Shown here: one piece after another, positions 9,446 through 19,379 of the stretch
How the letters are laid out: every line of letters starts with the position of its first letter
Numbering within the stretch: the first letter of the stretch is position 1
From: Chrysochromulina tobinii
Taxonomy: Eukaryota
Length of the DNA: 41,820 nucleotides
Direction of reading: 5' to 3'
Assembly (NCBI GenBank): GCA_001275005.1
Contig: JWZX01003044.1
Location: 1 to 41,820, forward strand
Position numbers and translations under genes: made by a program
The notes under the pieces: model-generated
Database searches by the model: none
Told to the model about the DNA's origin: nothing
The model's input: the letters and a program-made list of their open reading frames with translations, nothing else

Positions 9446-11159
9446 CTAAGCGGCCGCGGCCGCGACGGGCGCGGGCAGCTTGCTCAGCGCCGTCTCGAGC
9501 GCCTCCATGCGCTTCGCCAGCGGCACGATCGGCATCTCGTCAAGTTGCAGCGACTCGTGTGCGAGCCCGAGCACGGCGAGCTGCGCCGGGATGTCGGGAC
9601 CGATCATGCGACCCGTCATCACGATGCGGAGCGGCATGAAGAGGTCTTTACCCTTACGACCAAGAGCCTTGCCGGCCGCCGTCACCCACTTCTTCCACGC
9701 GCCCTCGAAGTCGGGCGCATCGAGCGCGGGTAGCTCGCCGGCCTGGTAGGCGCGCACCACTGCACGGCCCACCTCGAGCACGGCGGCGTCCTTGACGAAG
9801 GGCGCGGCGGCCTCGGACGCCAGTGTCTCCTCGAGCGGGTACGAGAGCGCATCTCGCACGAGGGGCGCGGCGTCGTTAATGAGCTCCACCTTCTCGGCGA
9901 CCATGCTCGCAACGGCCGTCGCAAAGGCGCTCGCACCGGGCGCATCGGCAGCAAACGTCTTGGCCTCGGCCCACTGCTGCGAGATGAGGCCGGTGAGCTC
10001 GGCTTTGGGCAGCGCGCGCAGGTGCTGCCCGTTGATCCAGCGCAGCTTCTTCATGTCGAAGACGGCGGGGGATTTTGTGATCCTGTCGAGCGAAAAGGCC
10101 TGCACGAGCTCGTCCACGGTGTAAATCTCCTTGTCTGTGCCGTCGTTCCAGCCGAGCAGGCACAGGTAGTTGATCATCGCCTGCGGCAAGAAGCCCTCGA
10201 GCCGGAACTGATTCACCGACGTCGCGCCGTGCCGCTTCGAGAGCTTCGATCGATCCTCGCCGAGGACGAGCGCCAGGTGGGCATACGTGGGCACCGTAAA
10301 GCCGAGCGCTTCGAGCACGAGCACTTGGCGCACGGTGTTGGTTAGGTGCTCCTCGGCGCGGATCACGTGGCTCACCTGCATCGTCGCATCGTCCACCGCC
10401 ACGCAGAAATTGTACACGGGCATGCCACCCGAGCGGAGCAGGATGAAGTCGCCAACGGTCGCCGCGCAGTCCCAGGAAACCTCGCCGCGCACCTTATCCT
10501 GGATGGTGACCTTCTTGCCGCGCGGCACCTTGAAGCGCACCGTGTACGGCTCGCCTGCGTCCTTTCGCCGCTTCACCTCTGCGGGGTCCGCGTCTCGCCA
10601 CGTACCATCGTACTGCGGGTTCTCGCCCTTCGCCTCGGCCTCGAGCTTCTTCTTCTCAAGCTCCTCGACCGTGCAGAAGCACGGGTAAGCGTGTCCGCTT
10701 TCCATGAGCTGCTGCGCAAACTCCTGGTAGATTCCGGCCACCATGCGCTCCGACTGACGATACGGGGCCTTCGGTCCGCCGGCAACCGGCCCTTCATCCT
10801 GCTTGAGGCCGAGCCATTCGAGGTCGGCGAGCACCGACGCCTCCGACTCGCGCGTGCTGCGTTTCTCATCCGTGTCCTCGATCCGGACCAGGAAGTCGCC
10901 TCCTTCCTTCTTCGCCTTCAGCCAGGCGAAGAGAGCGGTGCGCGCACCGCCCACGTGCAATGAGCCGGTCGGCGACGGAGCAAAGCGTGTACGGGTATTC
11001 GTCGGGCTCTCGACGGCGCTTGCCCGCGCCGCCTCCACGACGCGCGAGGAGATCGCCTCGCGCGGCTTGCTGCTGGAAGGGCGATGCGGCCATATAGGCT
11101 GCCAGAGTGCATAGCGGACGCGCGCTCACGGCCAGCAGGCCAAAGAGGCGTCGGGCCAT
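9446..11159 (-). CDS. gltX: Bacterial-type (organellar) glutamyl-tRNA synthetase; the N-terminal presequence is not in a single frame
   Basis: RTRFAPSPTGSLHVGGARTAL (HIGH-like), RIEDTD, PYRQSER, AYPCFC, HVIRAEEH and KLSKRHGA (KMSKS-like). The open frame 9446..11038 has no upstream ATG; the plausible ATG at 11159 (MARRLFGLLAVSA) is out of frame. Confidence 0.93.
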
Positions 11160-11426
11160 CGCGAAGCGATGGTAAATGAAGGAAAAGTAGAAGGCCTTTT
11201 GAGGTGCCGGAGATCGGATTGGCGTAAGTTCGCGTAGCGACTTACTGGACAGCAGCACCATTTCGAAGTTCGCATCGCTGTCTTCGGTGTCCTTTTCCAC
11301 ACTAATGAAGTGAAATGTCGTTACGGATAGGAAGCAAGTTCCGCGCTCCATCGGCAAGATGCTACCCATCCACCGCGCCCCGCCGCCGCGCCGCCGTGGG
11401 ACTGCCGCCCCCTGTCCTCACACGTG

Positions 11427-14093
11427 ATGGCTCATTCAGCAATGGCTCCCGGCTGGGACGTGGGCGAGATGCCCAACGTGGGCATGCCCTACATGGAGTA
11501 CCCGCTGTATGCTCCGCAACAGTACAGCCAGCGCGACCAGGATAACATGCGCACGCTGGATCCACACGCTGTCAAGCTCGAGGAGCAGCAGCGTGAGCAG
11601 AGGCGTTCTGAGACCGGGTGGGCTTCATCGACGCGTGGCGCGTACAAGCCCCTCGGCCCGCCCGACCTCACCCTGCCGGAGTCGGGAAGTGAGCTGCGGC
11701 GGATCAAGTACGCGGCAGCCGAACCTTCCAAGCCACACCTCGTTATGCCTGGCCAGCGCAAACGAGGTCAGGCGGCCGTGCGTGAGGTCGGCGAAATCGA
11801 GCAGCTCGAGCTTGACCAGCCAATCAGGGCGTCGGTGCGCCAGTTTTGCTATGCGTACTACGTTGTTACGCTGCGAGAGCGCTGCAACTTGCGCATCTCG
11901 GTCAAGGCGATCTCGGGCGATCCAGATGTCTTCGTGTCGACCGATTCATTGTTCCCGACCATCGATGATCACTTGTGGCGCTCGGGAGGCAAGGGGGACG
12001 ACGTGGTGCTCATCGAGACGGACCACCCGCGCTACGTGACAGGCCCTCTCGCGGACTACCACATCGGCGTCTACGCCATCTGCGACTCGGAGTTTGAGCT
12101 GACAGCGACGCTCGCCGAAGTGCCCCTCACGAACAGCATGAAGAAGTTCGATGGGGCATTGGGCAATGGTTACGGCACGCTGACCCAGCTGTTGAGCAAG
12201 GCCGAGGAGCGCCGCCGGCTGTGCTCCTTCGGCAGGCCCGCGCTCGTCAAGCCCGTCATCAAAGACACAAGCACCCTCTACCGCCATCTTCCGGCGCACC
12301 TCAAGACGAAGCTCCAGCCAGCGAAGCCGTCGGCTGCGCCTTCGGCCGCTCCCGTCGCCGCGAGTCCGGAGCCGTCTCCCGCCTCGCCGCCCCCCGCAGC
12401 CGCGCCTCGCCGCCAAGCTTCCTTCAACCTCCCATTGGGCGAGTCGACCTCCCCCAACGCCTCCCCCAACGCCTCCCCCGACAACTCCCCCGACATCTCC
12501 CCCGACCACTCCGCCCAGGGAGGCGAATGGCCCGGGTCCGGTGCGAGGCCTGCCCATACTCCGCTCTCGGTGCTGCTCACGCCGTACCTAGCGACCGCCT
12601 ACTTTGGTGCGGGCCTCACGCCGCGCATGGGCGGGCCCAAGCAGGCCGTCGCCGCGCTGCCGGCCGCGACGCCGTCCGCACAGTCGGCCAGTGCCCATGG
12701 CGGTTCCATCGATCGCCGCTCATCGATCACTATCACGTTGACCGAGCCGCCTTCAGCGCACGCGCCGAGGCCGCCGATGCACCCGTGGTTGCCGGGGGCG
12801 TCGGAGCCGTCGATGATCTCCGAGCTGGAGGAGGTGGCTTCGCGAGCCTCACCCGACCTGAGACCGCTGATCATGAACCTGAGGCACACGGCGCTGAAGG
12901 AGGACATGGCTAGACAGATGGAGCGGGTCGCCTGCGCGCTGGAGGCGGAGCGTGGCTTCATCCTCGACTTGAAGCACACGGCGCTCGAGAACATGCTCCG
13001 TGCGACGCAGGAGAAGATTTCTCGGGGTGGCGAAGTGTCCGTCGCGGCGGAGGATCCGACCGACTCGTTACGCGCCATGCGCTCCGACGCGAACCGAATG
13101 TGCGAGGCGTTACTCAACGAGCTACGCGAGGTGGCGCAGTTCGAGCACCTCAGGGAGCAGCAGCAGGCCCGGGCCTCACCTCTCAAAGGAGAGAGCGCCC
13201 CCAAGAGTGGACGGCAGAGGACGTGCAGCAACGAGGTCGAGCCGAGCTCCGAATCTCCGCGCGGCGCGATCGAATCTCCGAGGCGGAGATCGGGGCAGAT
13301 CGGATCGCCGAGGCGGAAGACGGGGTGCAAGAGTCCGAGCCGTGCGAGCAGCATGCTCTCGTCGCCGAGCCCGCACGCTAGCGACGGTACGGTCGACGGT
13401 ACCGGTACGCTCCCGCTCTTGTCGCCCTCTTCTCGTGCACACCTCCCTGGTGGCGCCCACGGCGGCGCGTCGATGGGCGCGGCGGGGGCGGCGGTCGGCA
13501 GTGACGCGAGTCGACTGTCGTCAAACTACCCGGTCTGCCTGCCGCTGCTACAGCTGAGCAGCCCAACACGTCGCGTTGGTGCGACCGAGCCCGCTCGCTC
13601 CCTTGGCGGGCTCGCGATGCCGATGCCTCCACGCGAGGCGGGCCGTGCGCATGGCGCGCCTGCGCCGTCGACCGTTAGACCGGAGGCTCCGGGGACGACG
13701 GCGTCGCCCTCATCGCCCTCGTCGCCCTCGTTGCCCTCGTTGGCGGATGGGAGGCACGGCGCGATGTTCGTGTTCGAGGAGGTCTTGCCACCGCCCATAG
13801 AGTTCTCTCTCAACGCACCGAGCCCACCCGACCTCAGCAAGAGCCTCGCCACCTCGCCGCGTTCGAAGCGCAAGGCCGCGCCAGCACCTGCGCCAGTGCT
13901 CGAACTACCACGGCCCAGCGATGGCGATGCGAGCGACGTGGCAGGAAGTAAGCTGGCGGTGCGGACGCACGTCAAGAAGGACAAGCAGCTGTCGCGCCCC
14001 TTCTTGATCAGTGCAGCCGCCGCCCCCCCCGTGCGGATGACAGTGCCTCCTCCTGCCGCGCCTCCCGCGGTGATGGTCCCGTCCGATTCATAG
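11427..14093 (+). CDS. Hypothetical protein with a PPC-like beta-sandwich domain and long P/S-rich disordered regions
   Basis: 889-codon ORF. YYVVTL...LRISVKAISGDPDVFVS...WRSGGKGDDVVLI...YHIGVYA...FELTA resembles the pre-peptidase C-terminal (PPC) fold. Central helical segment. Confidence 0.65.
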   Translation: MAHSAMAPGWDVGEMPNVGMPYMEYPLYAPQQYSQRDQDNMRTLDPHAVKLEEQQREQRRSETGWASSTRGAYKPLGPPDLTLPESGSELRRIKYAAAEPSKPHLVMPGQRKRGQAAVREVGEIEQLELDQPIRASVRQFCYAYYVVTLRERCNLRISVKAISGDPDVFVSTDSLFPTIDDHLWRSGGKGDDVVLIETDHPRYVTGPLADYHIGVYAICDSEFELTATLAEVPLTNSMKKFDGALGNGYGTLTQLLSKAEERRRLCSFGRPALVKPVIKDTSTLYRHLPAHLKTKLQPAKPSAAPSAAPVAASPEPSPASPPPAAAPRRQASFNLPLGESTSPNASPNASPDNSPDISPDHSAQGGEWPGSGARPAHTPLSVLLTPYLATAYFGAGLTPRMGGPKQAVAALPAATPSAQSASAHGGSIDRRSSITITLTEPPSAHAPRPPMHPWLPGASEPSMISELEEVASRASPDLRPLIMNLRHTALKEDMARQMERVACALEAERGFILDLKHTALENMLRATQEKISRGGEVSVAAEDPTDSLRAMRSDANRMCEALLNELREVAQFEHLREQQQARASPLKGESAPKSGRQRTCSNEVEPSSESPRGAIESPRRRSGQIGSPRRKTGCKSPSRASSMLSSPSPHASDGTVDGTGTLPLLSPSSRAHLPGGAHGGASMGAAGAAVGSDASRLSSNYPVCLPLLQLSSPTRRVGATEPARSLGGLAMPMPPREAGRAHGAPAPSTVRPEAPGTTASPSSPSSPSLPSLADGRHGAMFVFEEVLPPPIEFSLNAPSPPDLSKSLATSPRSKRKAAPAPAPVLELPRPSDGDASDVAGSKLAVRTHVKKDKQLSRPFLISAAAAPPVRMTVPPPAAPPAVMVPSDS

Positions 14094-14632
14094 GCACAAG
14101 GATGGCTCGACTATAAGGAGAGGCCGACACGTTGGATACGAGGCTTGTCGTGTGTTCCACGAACGCTCGGCGACGAAACACCGAGATCCTTCCGAGATCC
14201 GGAGATGCCACCGGAGATGTCGGTATGCGGTGAACAATCGCCCGGTATTAAGCGCGATGAGCCGGCCCGGGACGGCTGCTGGACGGATGGACGGCTGCTG
14301 TGACGTGGCGGCCACGGCGGGCGCACCGCGGGCGGTAGCGGTCGCGCCCCGCCGGGTGCGCGCCGGCGCGCGCGGCCGGTGAGCGGGGTGTGGCTCCGCG
14401 GTCGGGTGTCGCGCGCCTCGCCCGACTGGGTGCGCGGCCGGGCTCGTCTCGTCCCTGCATTACGTATTCGCAGTCCAGTCAAAAGGTGTCTAAACTCACG
14501 CCTAACAGACAAACACGCGTGCATGATAGAAGGAGTCGGCAACTCGAGCCCCAGCTCTCGACTCCAAGTCGTCGTCACGATTATCTTCATCTGACATCTC
14601 TCGCGCCTTCGCTCCGGCCCGGCGCTTTCTCC

Positions 14633-16430
14633 TCACCTGCCGCCCTTCTTGACCGCTCCGGTGCCCTTCTTCGCCTCCTTTCGCTTCTCCTTGTTCTCCC
14701 GCTTGTGCAGCCCGCGCATGGTCTTCGCTTTGAGTTCGTCACGGCTGTACGGGCGGTCGTCGTCGTCCTCATCTGAATCCTCTTCGGAGTCGTACGCCTC
14801 GTCAGTGGTCGTGGGCGCCTGGATACTGATGGCGTTGCGGCCGGCCGGCACCTGCGGGCCCTGGCCGAGGATCGAGGAGACGGGCGGCACCGGGTTCCCC
14901 TGCGCGTCGAGCACGCCTTCGCGTGCCTGCGTGGCCGCATACAGCTGCAAGATCTCGTTGGTACGCTGCTCGATGATGCCCAGGTACTGCATCATGTTCG
15001 CTTCCGTGACGCCTTCGTTGCCGAGCATTTCCAGGTTGGCGGGCGTGTTGCAGCCGATCTTGTTGAAGATCGACTGGATGCCCACCTTGAGCGCGTTCAC
15101 CGTCTTCATCGCCGCCTCGTACTTCTTCTCATACTGCTCCGCCTTGGCCTCCGTGCGCTGGAGACGGTCCTCGAGATCCTTGAGGATCTTCTTGCGCTGG
15201 TTATCCGTGTTGAGGCCCTGCCCCTTGTACTTCTCGATCTCGGCCTTGATGTCCGCGATCTGCTCCTCGAGCTTCTCGCACTCGCCGTTGAGCTCGTTCA
15301 CGTAGTTGAAGAGCGCAAAGTTCTGATCCTCGGCGTTGATGAAGGTGGTGACGAGCTCGTCAATGTCCTCGATGCCGGTGGCCGCCTGGATCTTGGCGAA
15401 GGCCTCCTCGTACGACTGCACCTTCTCCATCGAGGCGTGGATGGACGCCTTGTCCTTCGCGATGCCCCAGTTGCCGCGCAGCACCTTCTTCTTGAGCGAC
15501 TGCTCTTGCTCGACGGTCATGTCGCCGCGGTGCTCCTGCTGAGAGAGCTTCTCGCGCTCCTTCTTCATGAAGTCCTTCATCTTGCGGTCCTGCTCGATCA
15601 TCTTGCCAAGCTCTTTCCACTCCGCCTCGAAGTCACTCTGTTCCTTATCCGCCTGCGCCTTGAGGGCCTGCATCTCCGACTGCGCCGCGTCGCGTGCCTC
15701 GTACGCCTTGTTCGAGATCTCGATGATGCGCGCCATCTCCTTCTTCTTCTCGGCGAGCTCCTTCTCGAGCTTCTTGTAGATCTGATCGTACACGAGCCGC
15801 TCGCGCCGCAGATTGTCGATGTTCTCGCGCAGCCGCTTGTTGTTCGCGAGCGCCTCGTTGTACCGCTTCAGCGCCTTGTCAAGCCTGTTCTCAAGGATCT
15901 GGATCTGCTTGGCGATCGCCTGGTTGTTCTCGCGCGAGGCATTGATGCCGCCCATCTTCTGCCGCTGGTCCCAAATCTTCTTGTGCATCACCTCCATCTG
16001 CTTGTCCAGCTCCTGGATGCGCCGCTTCTCGAGCTCGATTTTGCGCGTATACATGTCGCCGGTGTCCTGGAGCTTGGCGATCTGCGCCTGCGCCGAGACG
16101 CTGTCGTACACCTTTGCATGGCGTCGCTCGAGGGAGAGCTCCTCCTTCAGCTGCTCATTGTCATCCTTGAGCTTATCGATCGTCGCCCTGCGAGGTCGGG
16201 ACGCGCGGCAGCGGTGAGCATGCCGGGCACGCTTTGACAAAGGCGCCTCGGAGGAGCACAACGTGTGTGGGAAATCAGTGCGGCCGTGTGTGGGCCATTA
16301 GTGCGGCCGAGTGGTGCGCGCAAAGCGCGCACCGTTCGTTGGCGAGCAGCTGCTGGCTCTCTGCGGAAAGCCTCACGCCCCCTTTGCTCGCCTGCGACGC
16401 ACGGCTGAGCTCGCCTTCGACTCCTGACAT
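14633..16430 (-). CDS. ODA1: Outer dynein arm docking complex subunit DC2 (Chlamydomonas ODA1 / CCDC114-CCDC63 family); exons 16430-16333 and 16187-14633
   Basis: Conserved segments ILENRLDKA, LRENIDNLRRER, YEEAFAKIQAATGIEDIDELVTTFINAEDQNFALFNYVNE and GVTEANMMQYLGIIEQRTNE. Intron GTGCGC...TCGCAG (16332-16188) joins MSGVEGE...LANER to ATIDKLK in frame. Confidence 0.92.
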
Positions 16431-16620
16431 GGAGAGTCGGTTCACTCTGGGACAAACAACTGGACTGCCAGACCATTCACATTCATACTGCAAAAAAGCG
16501 AACATGAATGAACAAGGGCGACGCGGATCTAGCTTTCCTTACTTGTAGGCGCGGCCCTGTACCATTCTGAGAAGTTTTGGTGGCGCGCGCTCTGCAGCCC
16601 TGACAGGTAGGAAGGCAGCC

Positions 16621-17450
16621 ATGTTCAGCCCGACGCTTGAGCCCGACTGGTCAGAGCAAGATGGCCGCCCGGCCTCGGTCCCAGGCTGGATCCCCTCGAT
16701 CCAGTCGCTCAAGGCGCCGTTCCCAGCCTCGATCATCAACATGAAGGCGAACATCACGGGGAGCAAGAGCACAAGAGATAAGGTGATTGAGGGCGCCTTC
16801 GTCGTCACGGAGGGCATCGCCTTCCTAATGGTCATCCTCGGCCTCGTGCCGGGCTACCTGCCCTACAACCTGACTCGATTCTTGGGCTTTGCTCTCATGG
16901 TCCTGGGTGCCTTCTACTTCCTGGCCGCGGTGGCCTTGGTCGGCGCGAGGCTGTCGTTTCTGCCCTCTCCGCTCAAGTACCAGGACGTCGTGGGCAATGA
17001 CGGCGCTCAGTCGACGCGCCTCGTAAAAAATGGCGTTTATGGCCACTGCCGGTGCGCGCGAGCTCTGCGCACCTGCCGCAAATAGCCCACAAAAGCCTGC
17101 AAGCCACCCGTCACTGGCTCGTTAATACCGTCTGGCATCGGTCGGTCTCTCTGCCCCGCAGGCACCCTATGTACTTTGGTGTCTTGGGCTTCTGCTTGGG
17201 CTGGTCGATGGTCCTGATCAGTGTCGAGCGGCTCTTCTGGTTCGCAGTGCTCTACATTGTGCTCGATGCCAAGGCGGACATCGAGGAGTCCCTCCTTCTC
17301 AAGGGCGAGTTCGCCGCCGACTACGAGCCTTACGTTCTGAGCAAGCCCAAGTTCATCCCGGGCCTGTATCTGCTCCTGACCGGCAACACTGACGGGGACG
17401 TTCCTCTCGATGGCGAAGATCCTTCGAACGTCAGCAAGATCGCGGAGTAG
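16621..17450 (+). CDS. Membrane methyltransferase of the PEMT/ICMT family; exons 16621-17051 and 17162-17450
   Basis: Splicing out 17052-17161 (GT...CGCAG) gives LVKNGVYGHCRHPMYFG, then TM helices and KADIEESLL...FAADYEPY...PKFIP, the typical family signature. Confidence 0.85.
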
Positions 17451-17894
17451 AGCCGCCGACGCACAATGAAGGGATGCAGGCTCGACCTTATGGCATGGAT
17501 GTAGTCGCGCCATCAGGCCGCCTTGGGAACGCATGCGATCGAGGTGCATCACAAGACCGCAGACGCGACGGACCGCGCCACTCGTATGGCGCGACCGGAC
17601 GTGGTCTACCACAGTATTGTAAGGGCAACTAGTATTCATAAGGAGCCATGCGGCCATCTCGCGTGCACGGCTGTTGACGGCCGGCCACGTCGGAATGTGA
17701 CTATTCTGAGTACTGTAAGCATATAAGGTATGTGCGTGCGAGGAAAGCATGAGATCAGGTCAGGTAGGATGTTGAGCCATTCACAGCCCTGGGCTGCCGC
17801 TTCGTTTCGTTTCTTACAAGTTTGGCAGGTCAACAGTGCGCGGCGCAGACGGAACGCTATTCCGTCCGGGCGCGGCGCGCGCGCCGTCTACGCG

Positions 17895-18719
17895 ATGGGT
17901 AAGGAAGAGAGAGGCTACACACCCCGTTCTGGAGAGAAGGGCGCGACTCCGAACGTGCACATCGCCGGGTCCTGGAATCCGCTCGCAGGCAATCAGTGGA
18001 CCGGGCAGCAAATGACCCTCAACGAGTTGAGCTCCCGGCCGGCCTCGTCGACCCAGCGCTACAGGGATGGTACCATCCGGCCGAATCGCGCCGAAAAGCT
18101 GCTGGTCAACGAGCCGCATGGCCTGAATGCGAAGCGCGGCCTGAAACAGCACGAGACGAAGCAGAAAGATGGCAGCCCATGGGAGAAAACACCGGCTTGC
18201 TTTGACCTAGGCTTTGGCGCGGACTGGATTACAACGACCGGCGGCCAGCACTCTGGCCCGCCCGATGACGCGTATGCACGGCCCAGCCGCCATGCGGACG
18301 CCCTGGCGCGCCGCTGCACGCCGCACATGTACCAGTGCATCCAACAGACCAAGGCTGTGCCGTCGTATGCATACGTGGCCAAGGCTGGCGCCGCTGTTGG
18401 CCCCTCGACGGGGCCGACGGCGCCGGACTGGGCGATGAACCCAGCGACCGTGGTGGGCACATCACGCGCGACTACGCGGCTCAACCCTCCGACGCAGTCG
18501 CCGCGCCTCCTCAAAGCAGAGAACGACTTAAGGATGCAACTGCTCGAGTTGCGCATCCGCTCAGAACAGCGCGCGAGGCAGGCTGCGCTTGCCCTCGCCA
18601 CCGACATCGAGAAGCAACCTCTCTGCGACCCGGGGTATACGCCCCTTCCTTCGCCACGCATGGTCCTTAGCCCGCGTCTCGTGCTCGCCAGTGGGAGACC
18701 GCACACCTCTGCTGTCTAA
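17895..18719 (+). CDS. Hypothetical protein
   Basis: Long ORF with coding-like composition from the ATG at 17895 (MGKEERGYTPRSG); short C-terminal coiled coil; no recognised domain. Confidence 0.55.
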   Translation: MGKEERGYTPRSGEKGATPNVHIAGSWNPLAGNQWTGQQMTLNELSSRPASSTQRYRDGTIRPNRAEKLLVNEPHGLNAKRGLKQHETKQKDGSPWEKTPACFDLGFGADWITTTGGQHSGPPDDAYARPSRHADALARRCTPHMYQCIQQTKAVPSYAYVAKAGAAVGPSTGPTAPDWAMNPATVVGTSRATTRLNPPTQSPRLLKAENDLRMQLLELRIRSEQRARQAALALATDIEKQPLCDPGYTPLPSPRMVLSPRLVLASGRPHTSAV

Positions 18720-19272
18720 TCCGCCGCCCGCGTCCGGTGGCTCGTGCACGCGACGCTGCGCGTCGTGCGACGGGCGGCGGGGCGGGAGGCTCGGTCGACC
18801 CGACGACAGGAGTCGAGGGCGTTTTTTAGAGCGTTTTGTACATGTCTGATCATGCGATTAGATGAGATCCTCTGTTTGAATACGTAGTCAGGAAACTGTC
18901 TACTGTGGATCACAATGACGATCTACTTCAATGTCGAATGATGTCGTGTGGTCCATACATTTTTAGATCTCCCCCAGCATCCAGGGGAGGCGGTAATTTA
19001 CGTGACTCGTGTGTCGTGAGTCGGTGACGCGACCTCCGTGCTTGAGCTCCGTCGAATCCGCGAGATCCATGCGAGATCCGTGCCTCGTTGCCGTTCTCGT
19101 CCGGGTGTGTCGCCACTCGCTCTCTGAGACAGCCGCGCTGAAGACTGCTGTGCTGGTTGCTGATCACACAAACCCGGCGCTGCCACCCACCAAGCGCCGC
19201 TGCCCACAGCAGTGGCACCCTCGCGAGCGCCGTCGCGGGCACCATTGCGAGCGCCTTCTGCTTCGGGAGCTC

Positions 19273-19379
19273 CCTCAAGACGAGGGGGTCGGCAGAGACC
19301 TGAGCAGCCTCATGACGAGGGGGTCGGCAGAGACCTGAGCAGCCTCATGACGAGGGGGTCGGCAGAGACCTGAGCAGCC
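19273..19379. repeat. 35-bp tandem repeat x3 spanning the stop codon of the minus-strand LRR/SAPS-like gene
   Basis: Unit cctcatgacgagggggtcggcagagacctgagcag at 19273 (one substitution), 19308 and 19343. Confidence 0.95.

Noticed and set aside
9446..11038. Bacterial contamination or recent HGT suggested by the intronless bacterial-type gltX
   Set aside because: It has an N-terminal targeting-like extension, the same codon style as its neighbours, and flanking intron-containing eukaryotic genes; it is an ordinary organellar enzyme.
14649..16237. Long plus-strand ORFs antisense to ODA-DC2, and similar shadow ORFs over GluRS, RABGGTA and WDR11
   Set aside because: Expected antisense shadows of high-GC3 coding sequence; no recognisable motifs.
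19273..19379. 35-bp repeats as a CRISPR array
   Set aside because: The units are directly adjacent with no spacers, the context is eukaryotic and there are no cas genes.
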